From positions 62,001 through 126,000 of the forward strand of contig JAYWIR010000077.1 of assembly GCA_036172245.1 (NCBI GenBank): a stretch of DNA of 64,000 nt, written 5' to 3'. A program made the position numbers and the translations under genes. Within the stretch, counting starts at the first letter, position 1. Each line of letters begins with the position of its first letter. Source of the DNA: Raillietiella orientalis. Taxonomy: Eukaryota. The notes under the pieces were generated by a model. That model was not told the DNA's origin. It searched no databases and saw only the letters and a list, made by a program, of their open reading frames with translations. Below, piece after piece: positions 15,000 through 27,165 of this stretch.

Positions 15000-17750
15000 A
15001 AGGAGAGTTGGTCGACTTTCAACAGACTGTGGGTAGCAAGAAGCGCAATCGTCGATTCTGGATAATTCAGCCATTAATTATTTGAGCGTTTTCACAAAGG
15101 AAATGTGGAAAGGGTTGAATTTGCTACCATGCTAATCTCGTGACCACATTTCTCTTTCCACTAGCATTTCCGTTGGCCTGTGGTGCTCTTGGATGCAGGT
15201 TCAGAATGAGAACGGCAGAGACTTCCTCAAGTGTAAGACATAAAGAGGCACATTCGTGTAATTCATGATTTGGAAAATGCGCAACTACGTCATCGATGCT
15301 TGCACTACATATTGAACTTCTGACCACGTATGTCCGGCGAGGTGTCTCATCCCCCTTAGTTTCTGCTGCTCAACCGGCCACTGTAGATGTGCATTTGAAA
15401 TTTCCATGTATTGGGACGAATTGTGGGATGGCCTTTGGTACAAAGAGACGCCTCTGTAATCACCAAATCCGGCATGCTCGAGTAGAGAGGCATGCGGACC
15501 TATCATCGGTAGAGGTTCCAGTGATGGCATGAACAAGGGAAAGTGAGGAAGAACAAATGCAAGAGATGGAAGTGCCAACTGAGAAAGAGGAGGTTCAAGA
15601 TTTGCAACAGCTAGAATCCTTTCAGTGTCAAGATGGTTTCTTTGGAAACCTTCGAGAAATTCTTGGGGTTTCCATTGAATGAGAGCATGTAAGGTCTACA
15701 AGGTTTTCAATCAAGATTAAAATGTTTGGAATTGCATCCTGCTTTGCCTCGTTTTCTCCGAAACGACTCTCGTCTTCTTTGGATGCTGTTTGGAACAGTA
15801 TACTTTCTCTCCTGGTTGCGAAGGAGAATATATTTGATCGCAATTTTCTAATGGAAGCAAGGAGATAACTTTAATGCAAGATGAAAACTTTAGATTCATG
15901 AATGGAGAATCAGAAGAAGGAGATGAATATTGATGCCTTTTTTTTGTCTCTGATGAGAAAATGGGCGACGATGGTTAAGAATTGTCAGTTCCAAGAAAGA
16001 AGAAGAGAAGAAAAAGAGGAGCAGGAGATGGAAATTTTTCGTGACAATTTCTTGGAAGAGAAGAAGCTTTTTCATTGGTTACTAGACGACAAGTGCACAG
16101 TACAAGAAAGTTCCAAGACCACGTCCGACTCCTCTTTGGAAAAACTGAGAGATGCTCTAAAGATTAAGCTTCCGGAACTACATGAAAAGAAGCTGACTGT
16201 AGACCTCACAAGGAATCTGAAATGCAAAAATTATAGAATATGAACCGAAAGAAGGAGATGCGTGCAATTTTGAAACAAGAGCTCAGATGCTCGCCTGATA
16301 AAACAGCTATCGAGAAGCATTTCTATTATCAACTGAAGCTCACTAAAGAAACTGATGATAGCCCGCCCTCGAAAACATTATTAGGAAGAGAAAGTCTGAT
16401 ATCTCTTCTGGAAATGTCTGCCTTGATGCAAGAGGATTCGACCCTCCACCACAAGACAGGAAGTTTTTCTCCCGGTGTACGCGCGATTACATACTCTATA
16501 TGGAGGATGATTGATCTGGAAGTTTTCATTGAAACATTAACGTCTGATTTATTCTTGAAATGCAGACAAGTTCCTGAACAGGGGAACAGTACCGGAACAA
16601 TTTGGATCCTGGAAGCTTCTGACATATTGGGAGAGATCAGCAATTAGAGACCGATTCCCATTGGCGGTAGTCTTTATAGACTTTACTCGAAATGTCTATC
16701 GATAAGATTGAGATAATGGATCCAAAAAAACAAGTTGGTCTGTCCCCAGCAGAAGGGATGGATACCCTAGAGTGGAGCTCTAGACCAGAACTTTGTTCTA
16801 CAAACGCGGTTGGAGTCTCACGTCGACGATCTAGGAAGATTGACTTTACCAGTGATTTCGCCACCATCTCGCATACCACAATGCTGAGTACATTGGCAGA
16901 AGCTGGAGTCGGACTCACTTTCCTTGAAATCGTTGAAAAACTGTTCTTCGACAGCAATGCATGTATCAAACCAGAATCCTCCGCAACGACATCTTTTCAC
17001 CTGCACAGAGTGAACCACGGGTGTCCTCTGATTTCACTTCAGTTCATTTTCACGTTAATGTAATGGGGAGAGTTACGAGGATGTCCTTCGGGCGTCTGCC
17101 AATGAATAATTCATACTCGCCAATTCCGAAGAGGATCCAAGAAATGGGCTGCTCCATTCTAAGGATCTAGTTGATCGGGCTGGTTTAGCAATTTATCCTT
17201 CCAAGTGCCTTTTCTACTGTGACAAGATCACTGGTGGTTTGAGGCCATTGAACTTGACTCTCAGCAGTGGTTCTATTCCCAACATCAATATATCGGAGGT
17301 CTATAAGTATCTAGAAAGACCTTTTGGAACTAGAATATTCAAATATTTCACTCCCGATTCATTATCCTTCTAAGGGAAAAGCTCTTGCCAAAGCTGAATG
17401 CATCCTTTATTCTAATCTTTCAGATTGGCAAGAATTGGCGCTATGAAAACGCTACCTTTTTCCACTGTGGTACACCATGAGGGACTGGGAATGCATAAGA
17501 AAAAGAAAAGGATGACGAGATAAGACGAATGAACCAGACATTACCGCACCTACCATCCAGGACAGCCAATGAATAACTCCATCGAGAGAGGAAAAAGTCT
17601 TTCTTGGTCTCATGAAGCTGTCAGTTAGCGAAACTGATACCTTCGGCTATGGACAGCTGCTTCAGGTTATCATCCTAACTGGAGGATGTTGTCAAAAACT
17701 CATGAAAGCCCATGAAACTCTCCGTGAGGTGAGGCTGAAGACAATTCTTT
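15000..17750 (+). mobile_element. Degenerate non-LTR retrotransposon, RLE-type (NeSL/Utopia/R2-like); zinc-finger and reverse transcriptase remnants, 3' truncated
   Basis: Collinear decayed motifs interrupted by stops and frameshifts: C2H2 finger CIGTNCGMAFGTKRRLCNHQIRH (~15405-15475); SPGVRAITYSIWRMID (cf. APGPDGITY); N*RPIPIGGSLYRLYSKCL (cf. NWRPI); IDFTSDFATISH (cf. LDxxxAFxSVxH); HGCPLISLQF (cf. QGCPLSPLLF); VLRASANE*FILANSEED (decayed YADD); AGLAIYPSKC; YKYLERPFG. No CCHC or endonuclease region was seen. Boundaries are approximate. Confidence 0.85.
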
Positions 17751-19752
17751 TAACGTCCAAGGCAAATTTCGTTCTTCTTTTACTTCTCGAATGTTCACGC
17801 AACCAGGCCAGCTGCTCTTTTTAAAAGGATGCTCACGGCAAGTCGGAAGAACTGCACGCTCCTCCATGTGAGCATTCTTCATGTCCGTTTTTCTCTCGAC
17901 AGACCTCCTCGTCCTTCCTTTCAGCTTCCCTGTGAGCATTTTCGAATTTGAAAGCTCTGGAGGGATAAGAAACTGGACGGCGCTAAGTCGAGGACCTAAG
18001 AGGAATGGAAAATAATACACAATGCGCCGAGCGATGTGATAGGAGAAAGAGTAGGCGAAAGACTTTTTATTGACGATTTCACCCACGCGGAAGAGCAGCC
18101 TATCTCTGCCAAATTAAAAACCCAGGCGACATTGCAACGAGAATTTCACGACAAGGATATACTGAAGAATAACTAAAAGCATTTACAAGACTCTATGCTA
18201 GCAATTCTAGGAAACGCCTTAAGTATCCGAATTTCATCCTAATATTCGATTCATCCCTCGCGATCGTTTTTCGGCAAACACTTCACTAAAGTTGGTGGCT
18301 GCAATGCTGTGTTTGGTCTGCGGACTGCGAAGCGTTCACTGCTCTTCCTGGATGGAATTTATTTTCCCAGGCAGCACTGTTGACAAACGTTCATTTTTTC
18401 CATTCCCTACAGCATTCCTTTTGCTCCCACCATTGCTTTCTCGCCAACGCATTTGAATCTGTTGGAGAGCCATTCACACTGTTCCCGCCGACGCTGCTTG
18501 CGATGCTTCGTGGATGAATTGTGGGCAAACCGACTCTGAAACGCTACCACTTGCACGCAAGAAAAGCTCCCTTGTGCCTGCATGTGATGGCATCCCCGAA
18601 GTGCACATCATCATGAACTCCACGTGAATTTGGATGCATCAAGGGGACCAAGGAATCCGTCCGGTGCTGGGCAGTTTACTCCGCCCTGCTTTTAGTAGAT
18701 TCTTCGGGACATTTCTCGTTGCCTCCCTTGGAGTCGTCAAGAATGGGATCCCTTCTTCCGAAACGCCCGCAAACGATTTTTACTTAATAGAAACTCTATG
18801 AAATTTGCTACCTGAGATCTATTCATCTGTACATAGACCACATGCACTCGAGAAGAATTCGGTGTGCCGCTGGCTATTTTGCAAGCTTCTTGCCGGTTGT
18901 CCGGATCGCAATTGATCAACGGTTTGTGGAAAGATCCGTGTGAGGTAGTGCTGAACCATCTCTTATCATTTCTCATGCTGAAAATGGTTCTTCTCTTCGC
19001 TACGCAGTCATCTGCACATTGTGGATTGATTTAATGAGCAATCATTGATTTCTCTTTCTCATGGAGTGGTGCTTCAATCGTTATCGGCAAACATTCAAGA
19101 TTCCTCGTCTGTCAACCCGATTAGGAATCTAACCGCTGAAACGATCTTCCGCCTAGATGCTCTTAGTAGCCAGCTGTTGAGGAATGCTACAGCTGTTGAG
19201 ACCAGGGAGGAGTCTCCCGTTCAGCATTGCGCTTCCGATGGCCATCTCGTTTACCTCGACGAAGTGAGTATGCATCCTCGCCATTACAAGGATCATTAGC
19301 ACTGCTTGCTAGATCGCCGGCTTTCTCCACTCCGCTCTTTGAGAGTAGTGGAAGCATCGTGTTGAGCACGGTGTGGAAAGCAGCTACTGCATCCACGAGC
19401 ACGTCTCTCAATGACGACAAAAGGAGTTGTGAAACGCACCTCACAATCCCGCGCAGCGTGCGATCCCCAATGAACGCAGGCGGAAGCTGTCGTCCTGCTT
19501 GGTGCACCGTCGTTCGACTTCTCGACAAACAAGCAAACATTCTTTGCTATTCTTTATCTCAGTTCCTTCTCGCGATGCGAAGCATTCGTGGTGCGTGCCA
19601 ATGGTGTAGAAATGAGACTTTCGAAGTCGTTCCGTAGTTCGAGGTCCAGGCACCTGCAAACGCCTTTGCTATGCCTGTCTGAACAAAGGGCAATCTTCCA
19701 AGTCTCTTTGAGTATCAGCCTTTAGTGGGGGTTATGCCAAGGATCGAATTGC

Positions 19753-21146
19753 AGAAGCATCGGAGTGATGGAAGAACGAATCGTTCACGGCGCGACATTT
19801 GAGTGGGAGAATGCCTTTTCCTTGAAAGTCGTTCGAACGAAATCACCGTATCGGACCAATTCCAAGAAGAGTTCTTTCGCCTCGTCTGGAGCTGTCGTAT
19901 GCTCCTTCCTCTCTCTGTCGACAAGCTGTAATCCTCATAAGCCGTTGCCAGAAGAACTGTCGGCAGCGACCAATGGCCGAAGAGCGAAACGGTGGCAGTA
20001 GGAACTACCTCAAATGTCTCGCTACCTTCCGTTCTTTCTCACCTGAACTCGGAGGCATGCAGCACAGTTGCAGGCAAGTGGCAAGTGCATCCTCTGGCTA
20101 CGGTTTGCCGTGGCCCCACAGCATACTCCTCGGCGTCTCCGGAGCATTGCATTTCGCAGAAGCAGCTTATGCAACCACAAGCTCTTGGCGCTCACAGACC
20201 CTTCAAATCTCAGCATTGTTTCGCCGAAAGAAAGGCCCGTTGTGTAAAACCTCTTCTTTCGCGAACAAGGTCAGCATCCGGGGTGACGCGGTGGGCAAGC
20301 TCTCTGTTATACAACTCCCTGCAGCACGGCCCCGCGAGCCATCTCAGCACTCAACGAAAGGGTTGTTGTGCCTTTGCTGCGGAGGTTTACGGCAGATGCG
20401 CGCTCACTTTTGCTCTCGAGAAGAGCAGCTGGCCAAGCCTTTCTCACACTGCGCGGCACGTCCCACGGAGCGTTGCTGTGACCACATCTTCCACAGAACT
20501 TTGCAAAAGAAAAAAGAAAAAGAGACCCTCTGTGTTTCCTGTCAGCCATCCGCACCTCTCCTCCCTTTTTCTTCAGCTGGCAATGATCGATAATTGCACT
20601 TTGGATTTCAACCGCCTGCTTTTCGTGTATGCGTAAGTCGGGTCAGAGCAGGAACTCCAGAGATCTCTACACATCGAGGAATTCGCAGATGGTTTGCTAG
20701 GATTAATTTACAGTGGAGGCAGGCGTGCTGCGCTCACTTGAGAAGTGCCAGGAGCAAGTCAGGCAATGCCTAACTGTTACCCTGAACCTACTGCAGTGAG
20801 CGCTACGTTTCAATCTTTTCCCTGGAGACCTTGGGGGTATACTTTCTAATGACGAAAGACCGGAGCGCACGCCCCAGCGTCACTCCAGCCGCCCTGATTT
20901 TTCTTTGCAATTTCTTTTGTTGTTGCTCTTTCCCCAACCCCCGAAGACTCGGTAGCTACACATTCAGGGAAGGCGCGCAGCCTGATAATCGCTGGATATT
21001 GCCCGCAGCGGCATCGAAGCCGAACTACGCTCGCGTTTGAGGTGGAATCGGGTGCACGGCCTGACGAGCGTGGCCACGCATCCGCCCATCGAACTGGTGC
21101 TCTTGAAAGGGCGCTGCAGACCTTTGACTGCGCAGCCGTTCCGTGA
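19753..21146 (+). CDS. Possible uncharacterised multi-exon gene, convergent with giant copy 1
   Basis: Short blocks with good splice sites, e.g. ttcttcag|LAMIDNCTLDFNRLLFVY..|gtaagt (~20578-20632) and ttacag|..EAGVLRSLEKCQEQVRQCLTVTLNLL..|gtgagc (~20714-20795). No family was recognised and splice phases were not fully resolved. Confidence 0.2.
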
Positions 21147-21395
21147 AACACGCGACGAGCGTAGTCGCGCACGGAGCGCGAAAGCTACAGCAATCCTGGA
21201 AGCCCCTTGCACCCCTTTTCTGTGACGTGATTCTCACATCGTCGTGCCTTCACAGCGACCCCACGCAGATGCCTGAGCTCTTGTACGGCCGGAACGCCTA
21301 GGGCTATGTGCTCATCCGGGACAGGAGGTGCCCGCGGGGGACGCCCAGAGCAACATTACCCCTCATCTACAGCACCGTATACACATGAGAAAGCG

Positions 21396-21401
21396 TTTAT
21401 T
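21396..21401 (-). promoter_or_regulatory. Polyadenylation signal AATAAA of giant-like copy 1
   Basis: Plus-strand TTTATT, about 27 nt beyond the stop codon at 21428. Confidence 0.55.
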
Positions 21402-21427
21402 GAATGGTGGTAGGCTTGCAGGCTCAC

Positions 21428-22726
21428 TCAGAGGCTGCAGTGCTGCCGGAGAGCGGCTGCTCCACCCTTGGCTGGGATGCCGAGTTCCTTCATCTCGGCA
21501 TGAAGCAATGTCAGACGGTATCGGAGTTCGCGATTCTCTCTGTCCAGGAATGCTACGCGGATAGCTATTTCGTCTTCCTTTGCTCTGCGGGCATCCCTCG
21601 AACGCTTCGCAGCTTCGTTGTTTTTTTTGCGCTTGGTCCAATACAGCTCGTCCTTAACGGACTGGTTGCTGGTGCGCTTTCCGCCCGCGCATACGGAGGC
21701 ACCCTCGCCGCCCTGAACAGATGCTGAGGCGCCGGGCTGCTGCTCCTCGCAAGAGGACGGCGAACGGGTAAGAGAAGAGATTGCCGGCTCTACTGGCGAT
21801 GTCGGAGCGACGCCCGATACTTCTGTTGTGGGCTTCTTGCTCTTCTTTGAAAGAGCTGGCTCAACCGCGGCCTCCATCTTTTCCTTGAATTCCAAGTACC
21901 TCTCGTTGGACTCTTGCTTCATCCTTTCCAGTTCCGCAGCCTCTTCGGCGGCCTCTCCCGTACTAAGAGTGAGCGTGAGTGGGTCCTTTGGAAACAGCTT
22001 GAATGGCCGCGTGCGCTTGTCGCCAGTGCTTCCATGGATGATGTTGAAAAGAGAAGGATGTGAGACTGCATAGCATATGGGCGCCGACGAGCCAGGAGCT
22101 GCTGTGACCACGGCCTCCATACCTGGAGGGTAAGAGCCCCTACTGCCGTCGACATGAACAGGCTGTTCCGACAATAGCAGATCCCGATGTTCCGCCGGGT
22201 GGTACACCGCCTCCGGCACGTAATGGGGGTAGTGGTGGGTTAGGAACTCCGGGTCGTTACTTCTGGACACGGGTGTCGCCTGCCCTGCGATGTGAGGTAC
22301 AAGATGCGGGGCGGTTGGCACCTCCGGCGAATAGTGGAGGAAACGCAGGCGGCTCCAGCTATGGTGGCCTCCGGCAGCTCTTTCGGAGGCCTCTCGTGCG
22401 AAATCCGCAGTCGCGGCGGACTGCCTCTTCAGGTGGGGCATGGGCCTCTGCTGCTTCTCCTCCTGATGCAGTTGGGAGAGAGGATTTCTGTAGATGCTCG
22501 CGTGCTCGCCCCACGCGGAGCGTTCCTGCTCTTCGAACACTGCCTCGTCCTGGAGCCCCATGGAAGACGACTTTTTCGGCACGCTCAAGTCCAGGGGCTT
22601 TCCAGTGAAGGCGGAAGAGTCCGGGCTGATGCCACTGTTCACCCAGTCGGAGTGGTTCACCAAGCGTCGCAGTGGGTCCACGCGCGGGTCTACGTCATGT
22701 CTCAGTTCTCCAGTTCTGGGATCCAT
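21428..22726 (-). CDS. gt: PAR-bZIP transcription factor, giant-like (copy 1), ~432 aa, uninterrupted coding exon
   Basis: The b[61 protein letters not shown] is of the Giant type ([10 protein letters not shown]). The Giant-like [12 protein letters not shown] motif and the CtBP-binding PLDLS motif are present. The ATG at 22726 follows the acceptor TTCACAG|GC. The extra 86 codons in the ORF track are probably intron. Confidence 0.88.
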   Translation of the reverse strand: MDPRTGELRHDVDPRVDPLRRLVNHSDWVNSGISPDSSAFTGKPLDLSVPKKSSSMGLQDEAVFEEQERSAWGEHASIYRNPLSQLHQEEKQQRPMPHLKRQSAATADFAREASERAAGGHHSWSRLRFLHYSPEVPTAPHLVPHIAGQATPVSRSNDPEFLTHHYPHYVPEAVYHPAEHRDLLLSEQPVHVDGSRGSYPPGMEAVVTAAPGSSAPICYAVSHPSLFNIIHGSTGDKRTRPFKLFPKDPLTLTLSTGEAAEEAAELERMKQESNERYLEFKEKMEAAVEPALSKKSKKPTTEVSGVAPTSPVEPAISSLTRSPSSCEEQQPGASASVQGGEGASVCAGGKRTSNQSVKDELYWTKRKKNNEAAKRSRDARRAKEDEIAIRVAFLDRENRELRYRLTLLHAEMKELGIPAKGGAAALRQHCSL

Positions 22727-22728
22727 GC

Positions 22729-23039
22729 CTGTGAACACGAGCAGAAGGATGGAAACCCCACTGACTACGCGAAGATGCTCAGGGAAAGAGCTCGGCGGCC
22801 TAATCTTGCGTGCAGCCGGGGAGCGAGTGGGGGACAATATGGGGTGGAAAGGGGAGGGAAGCTGGACGCGTTTCCATGGCGGTATTGAGTTACTGCGAGC
22901 GGACAGCGGTGCAGTGATGGTCGTAGAGGCATTTGCTGGAGCGCATCCGCGCTCCTTCCTACGTCCATCTGCCCACCCTGCCAAATGGCGGTGTCGTGAG
23001 TAGCGAAAGATGCGCGAGGTTGCAACAGATAATACTCAC
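22729..23039 (-). other. Putative first intron of giant-like copy 1 (311 nt)
   Basis: Donor CAAG|GTGAGT at 23039 and acceptor TTCACAG at 22729. Splicing would join an upstream ...AKAAAAAAAAEQG frame in phase, but no in-frame ATG was found in that frame, so the exon may be 5' UTR. Confidence 0.6.
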
Positions 23040-26000
23040 CTTGCTCTGCTGCTGCTGCCGCCGCTGCGGCCTTCGCTCGTGCCTTCCACACCAGTGCGAG
23101 AATCTTGCCGTGGGGAAGGGGAGTCTTCGAGGATGAGGATGTCCCCGCGAGGGAAAACCGGAGACTCGGGGTGGATTCCTCAGATTCCTTGCTTACAAGT
23201 TGCAATGGAGGTTCGATGGCGAAACAGAGAAAGGTGATGCTCGAATGACGCACGGTTATTCAATGTTCATGACCCTCTGAGAGCGAAGAGAGGTCATGGC
23301 CTTAATGGTTGACGCACGCGAGAGCGATTGGTTGCCGCCTTCGGTTCATCGCCTCAAGCGTTGGGGGTGGCTGTTCTGGGGTGCGTGGAACTAGCCGAGT
23401 TGAACGTATGGGAATTTTTTTTTTTTTTTCATCCTTTTTTTCAGAGAAGGAAGAGGGTTGACTGCAGCTTCCACTAATGAGAATGCAGCGGCTGTCTTTG
23501 CCGAGCAGAACTCGAAAGGAGGAGCATGTACCTCACAATTCTCGTCCTCCCCCTGTGGAAGGTAGCCTCACACATCCCGAGAGCGTGGCAGAGACCACCC
23601 TTTTTCCACGAAGCAATGCTCGCACGGTAGCCAGAATGTGGTGAAGTACGAGGAAGGCATTCGCAAACGTCCTTGGTTTTTTCGCGCCTTTCCAGAACGT
23701 CGCCCAAACGGGAAAGTGAGGATATGGGGAGTCATTCGCTGCCGCCTCTCTACTCCCACTGCGACTTGGGAGTGAAAGACGCTGGATGAGCCCTTTCCTC
23801 GTTAGGCTTCGCCTGGATAAACTGGGAAACAGGGATGCTCCTTTGCGCTCCTCCCGTCCTGCTTCCGTTCTCCGTCATTTTGACGGTCTCCCTGCCCTCA
23901 CTGATGTGACCGTTCCTTTCACGGGGAGCGCCGTTCCCTTTTCTCGTCCTCCGATCCCTTCGAGTGGTCCATGCTGCGTCACCACCCTCGTCATTAAAGG
24001 ACTAAGGCGCCAACGCTCCTTCAGAACCTCCATCCCACCCCGTCGCCAGTTTGATTCTGAAGCAGGTTGCGATGGCGACGTCGTCGTTTCGACAGTGAGA
24101 GACAACAGTTGCAGGTGGGACAACGCTTAAACGCAGGGAGCAATGCACGTAACGTAGGATGCTCCTCCATGTCCCTCTCAATCTGCCGCGGGTTTCCTAT
24201 GCAATCTCTCCATCCACTCCGCCAGAGCACACGTGACTCGGGAATGCTCGCACCTTGTGCGTGCTGAATCCGGATGCGGCCGATGCAGTCAACCTTTCCG
24301 TGGCTTTCTCCCGCACCGTACCAGTTGAAAAGCGCGAGTATTTTTCCACGTTACCGTGGAAACAGCATACGTTGCCTTCCTTAAGCGCCATCAGATGCGC
24401 AGCGACGATTACCCGCCTTCTCAGCGGCATGTCTTCTTTTACCATCGTCTGATCGAATCCTCGTTCTTTCTCTGTTGCCGCGCCCTGGCGGCCTCGAGGC
24501 AGCACTTCTTCTCTGCCCGCGAGTTGTCCCACGACGACCCGTGTGCTTTGCTGTCACCTCTATCCACGCACCCTCTGCCCTCAGCAGCAGTTGAACGACC
24601 TGAGGTCTGGCGGAAGGAAAGTCGCGAGGGAGAATGAAGGTCGGGGGAAACGCCGCGCTCCTTCCTCTGCCGCCACCTTCTCGTGCGTTACGCCTCTCAG
24701 AGAACGGCGACCACGAGCGACACCGCCGACGCGGACGCCGAGACGCGCGCTCCGGGTTCACGCGGCGGCGTTCCCGTTGCGCAAACACTCGCCCGTGCCT
24801 TTTTCCTTTTCTCGCCCTGCAGCACTCGCAGCCTGCGTGCGGCGATGGCGATGGATCGGAGCGTCGCCTGCCCTAACGAGGGAGGCTCTGCCGCCCCCAC
24901 GCAGCAAGAAAGCGACATCTCCTTTCTCTTCTTCCCTCTTGTTCTGACGCCTTTGAATCCGAGAGACTTCCGCTGCTTTTTCTCGCGCGCCGCCGCCCGC
25001 GGAGACCCTTCTGCCGCCTCGTGTGCCTGCGGCGTCTTCGCCGCGACAATTTCCCTCTTCCGAAAAAGGGTCCATCCTCGCAGCTGCGACTTCCGGCAAC
25101 TCTCGGCACTCGCTTTCCGGGAGTGGGGATGCAGGAAAAAGGAGCGCACTTGGGATCGTGCGGGGTTTTCGTTCCGGGATGCGGTGAGAGCATGCGCGGA
25201 GCAGCGCAGACGAGAAGAGCAGCAGCAGCACTACTCTGCGGACCAGGAGGGAGGCGAATCGGCGCGGGACTGGACGTTGGCCGCCTGCTTCGCCGGAGGG
25301 ACGGGCTCTCCCGCGCGCACGTGCCCCTGCGATGCTCCACGCGTCTTCCTTGCCGCGAGGCCTTCGCCGGCCTTCGGACTTCACCCCTTCATCCAATGAG
25401 GAAGCAGAGGTCTGCTCTCGATTTCACCCGTGGGCTCCCTCTGTCTTGCCTGCCTGCCATTCCTCCCTGCCCCTACCTTCTGAAAACAACGAAGAGCGGA
25501 GTGGAGGGAGGAAATAGAAAAAGCAACCCGTAGGCGCGGTCTCTGAGAGGATCCCTCTCGACCGTTGGCTACCGAGCTGTCCAATGAACAACGGAGGCGG
25601 ATGGGAACGCGCGTCGCAGGCGACCGACTAGAGTCGGATAGCCACGTGAGTCCAATAGCGAGACGAAGCGCATGACGACTGTGAGGAAGGTCTCCAATAG
25701 CCTCCGAGTGCTTGCATACGAATCGGCACGTTATGCGCAGCAACTCAGAATTTCCCATCACTGCATCCGGGCCGCAGACGACCTCGAATCGACGCACACG
25801 AGGGAAAAGCCCGAGTTTGAAAATCGGACGTAAAAAGAAAATATTTTTTATACCGCCTATCCCGTCCCCTATCTTCCGGCTGTCATTAGCAGAGCAGCCT
25901 GAGGTTTCTCGTTCTCCTGGGAATGGGAAAGGCATGTGAGAGAGGTCACGCAAGAACGGCCAGGTGGCCCTTAATGGAGCAGCCCTGTTAGCAGCTACGA

Positions 26001-27165
26001 GGCGACACGATAACCCTCCTCTCCAGGGTTCCCCCAGAAAACTGCTCCGCACATGCTCACCTCTGCAGCATCCCTTTTTTTCTCTTGCAGTCCCGCTTCC
26101 CTCACGCCCGGTGGCATGCTCGAGTTCGATGCTCCGCTCATGGCCAGCCCCCCCTCCTGCTGAGTGGCAGTCGTACGATGGCACGAAAGAGCTGCGACGG
26201 TCCTCCCTTGGAGCGTAAAATGAGCGCCGTGCAACGCAAGGGATGAGAAGCTGCTTCTTGCACATATTTGCGATAAAAAACGAAACTCAATGCAAGAGGA
26301 TATGAGTGGTACATCTTCCACCGATTGCTCAGCCCGTCCTCCGTCGGCGTCGTGCGCGAATGGCGTTCAGGTGTGGAACACGGCTGGAGAGGTCCCTTGG
26401 CTGCTACGAAGAATGCTCCTTCGCATTGGGCTGAAATTTTTCGCAGCTTTCATGCCCGTGCAGCAAACTTTTTCGAATTTGATTCCTTTTTCGTCAATAT
26501 CCGGAATATCCGGCGAGCTGATGCACACCGGGAGTCTGTGGGCGAGGCTTAGGGGATGGCTCTAGGAGCGACTCTGTTTCAGCTGCCGGATTAAAGTGTT
26601 CGTTAGGAGCGCATGCGCGCTGATGACAGCGGCTCTTTCAGGTTGCGTCGAAATGCACAAAAGAAACAGCAGCTGGCCAGCTCTCACATCGCAATATCTG
26701 CTCCACTACGGCCATCCATTCTCCGAAGGAGTCGCCGAGCTATAGGTTCTGCAAACCAGCGAGTCACCCTCTCTTTCGCAAGCTCTGCTGATGCATCGGA
26801 CATAGTCCTTCCCGGAATGAGCTTCACTTTGCAGAGCTTCACTTTGTGGTCGGAAAATGTGGAACAGAGGACTCTGGATCAGAGGTCTGAAATTTCTTGC
26901 TCGTTGAGCTTCGTTCCCTCCATCGGGGACTTCTGGCTAGCCGAACTCGTGCTGCATCGAAGGGGCCGCTTGATTCCGAAGAGTTTCCACCATCCCCAAC
27001 GCCACCTCTCTGAGGAATAGCTGTGATCGTTGCGTCTCAGGATCCTTGCTTTGCAAAGAGCACGGGAGCGAACTCAAGTCTCATCTTTGCTCTCATTCAC
27101 TTCGAGCTCATGAGCCCCGTCATTTCAATCTTGTGGAAAGGAACGGAGCTAAATGATTTTTCAAG

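Larger units (their letters stand above)
21300..26600. promoter_or_regulatory. GC/CpG-rich island covering giant copy 1 and its upstream region
   Basis: Visibly the most GC- and CpG-rich part of the window (especially 24400-25400). It has many spurious overlapping ORFs and no recognisable protein upstream of 23050. Confidence 0.45.

Noticed and set aside
22727..22984. 86-aa N-terminal extension of the 518-aa ORF
   Set aside because: It falls inside the predicted intron 22729-23039, and the paralogue has the same acceptor-then-ATG layout.
22273..23003. Plus-strand ORFs antisense to giant copy 1 (also 39873-40265 antisense to copy 2)
   Set aside because: Shadow ORFs of GC-rich coding sequence on the opposite strand.
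23265..23274. 10-mer GGTCATGAAC (nuclear-receptor IR0-like) upstream of both giant copies (also 41161-41170)
   Set aside because: One shared 10-mer between two ~500-bp regions is within chance expectation, and orientation and position differ.
24380..26320. Many long overlapping ORFs on both strands (e.g. 25381-26265, 294 aa; 24683-25399, 238 aa)
   Set aside because: Arg/Ala/Pro-rich frames are expected from high GC and few stop codons; no recognisable domain.
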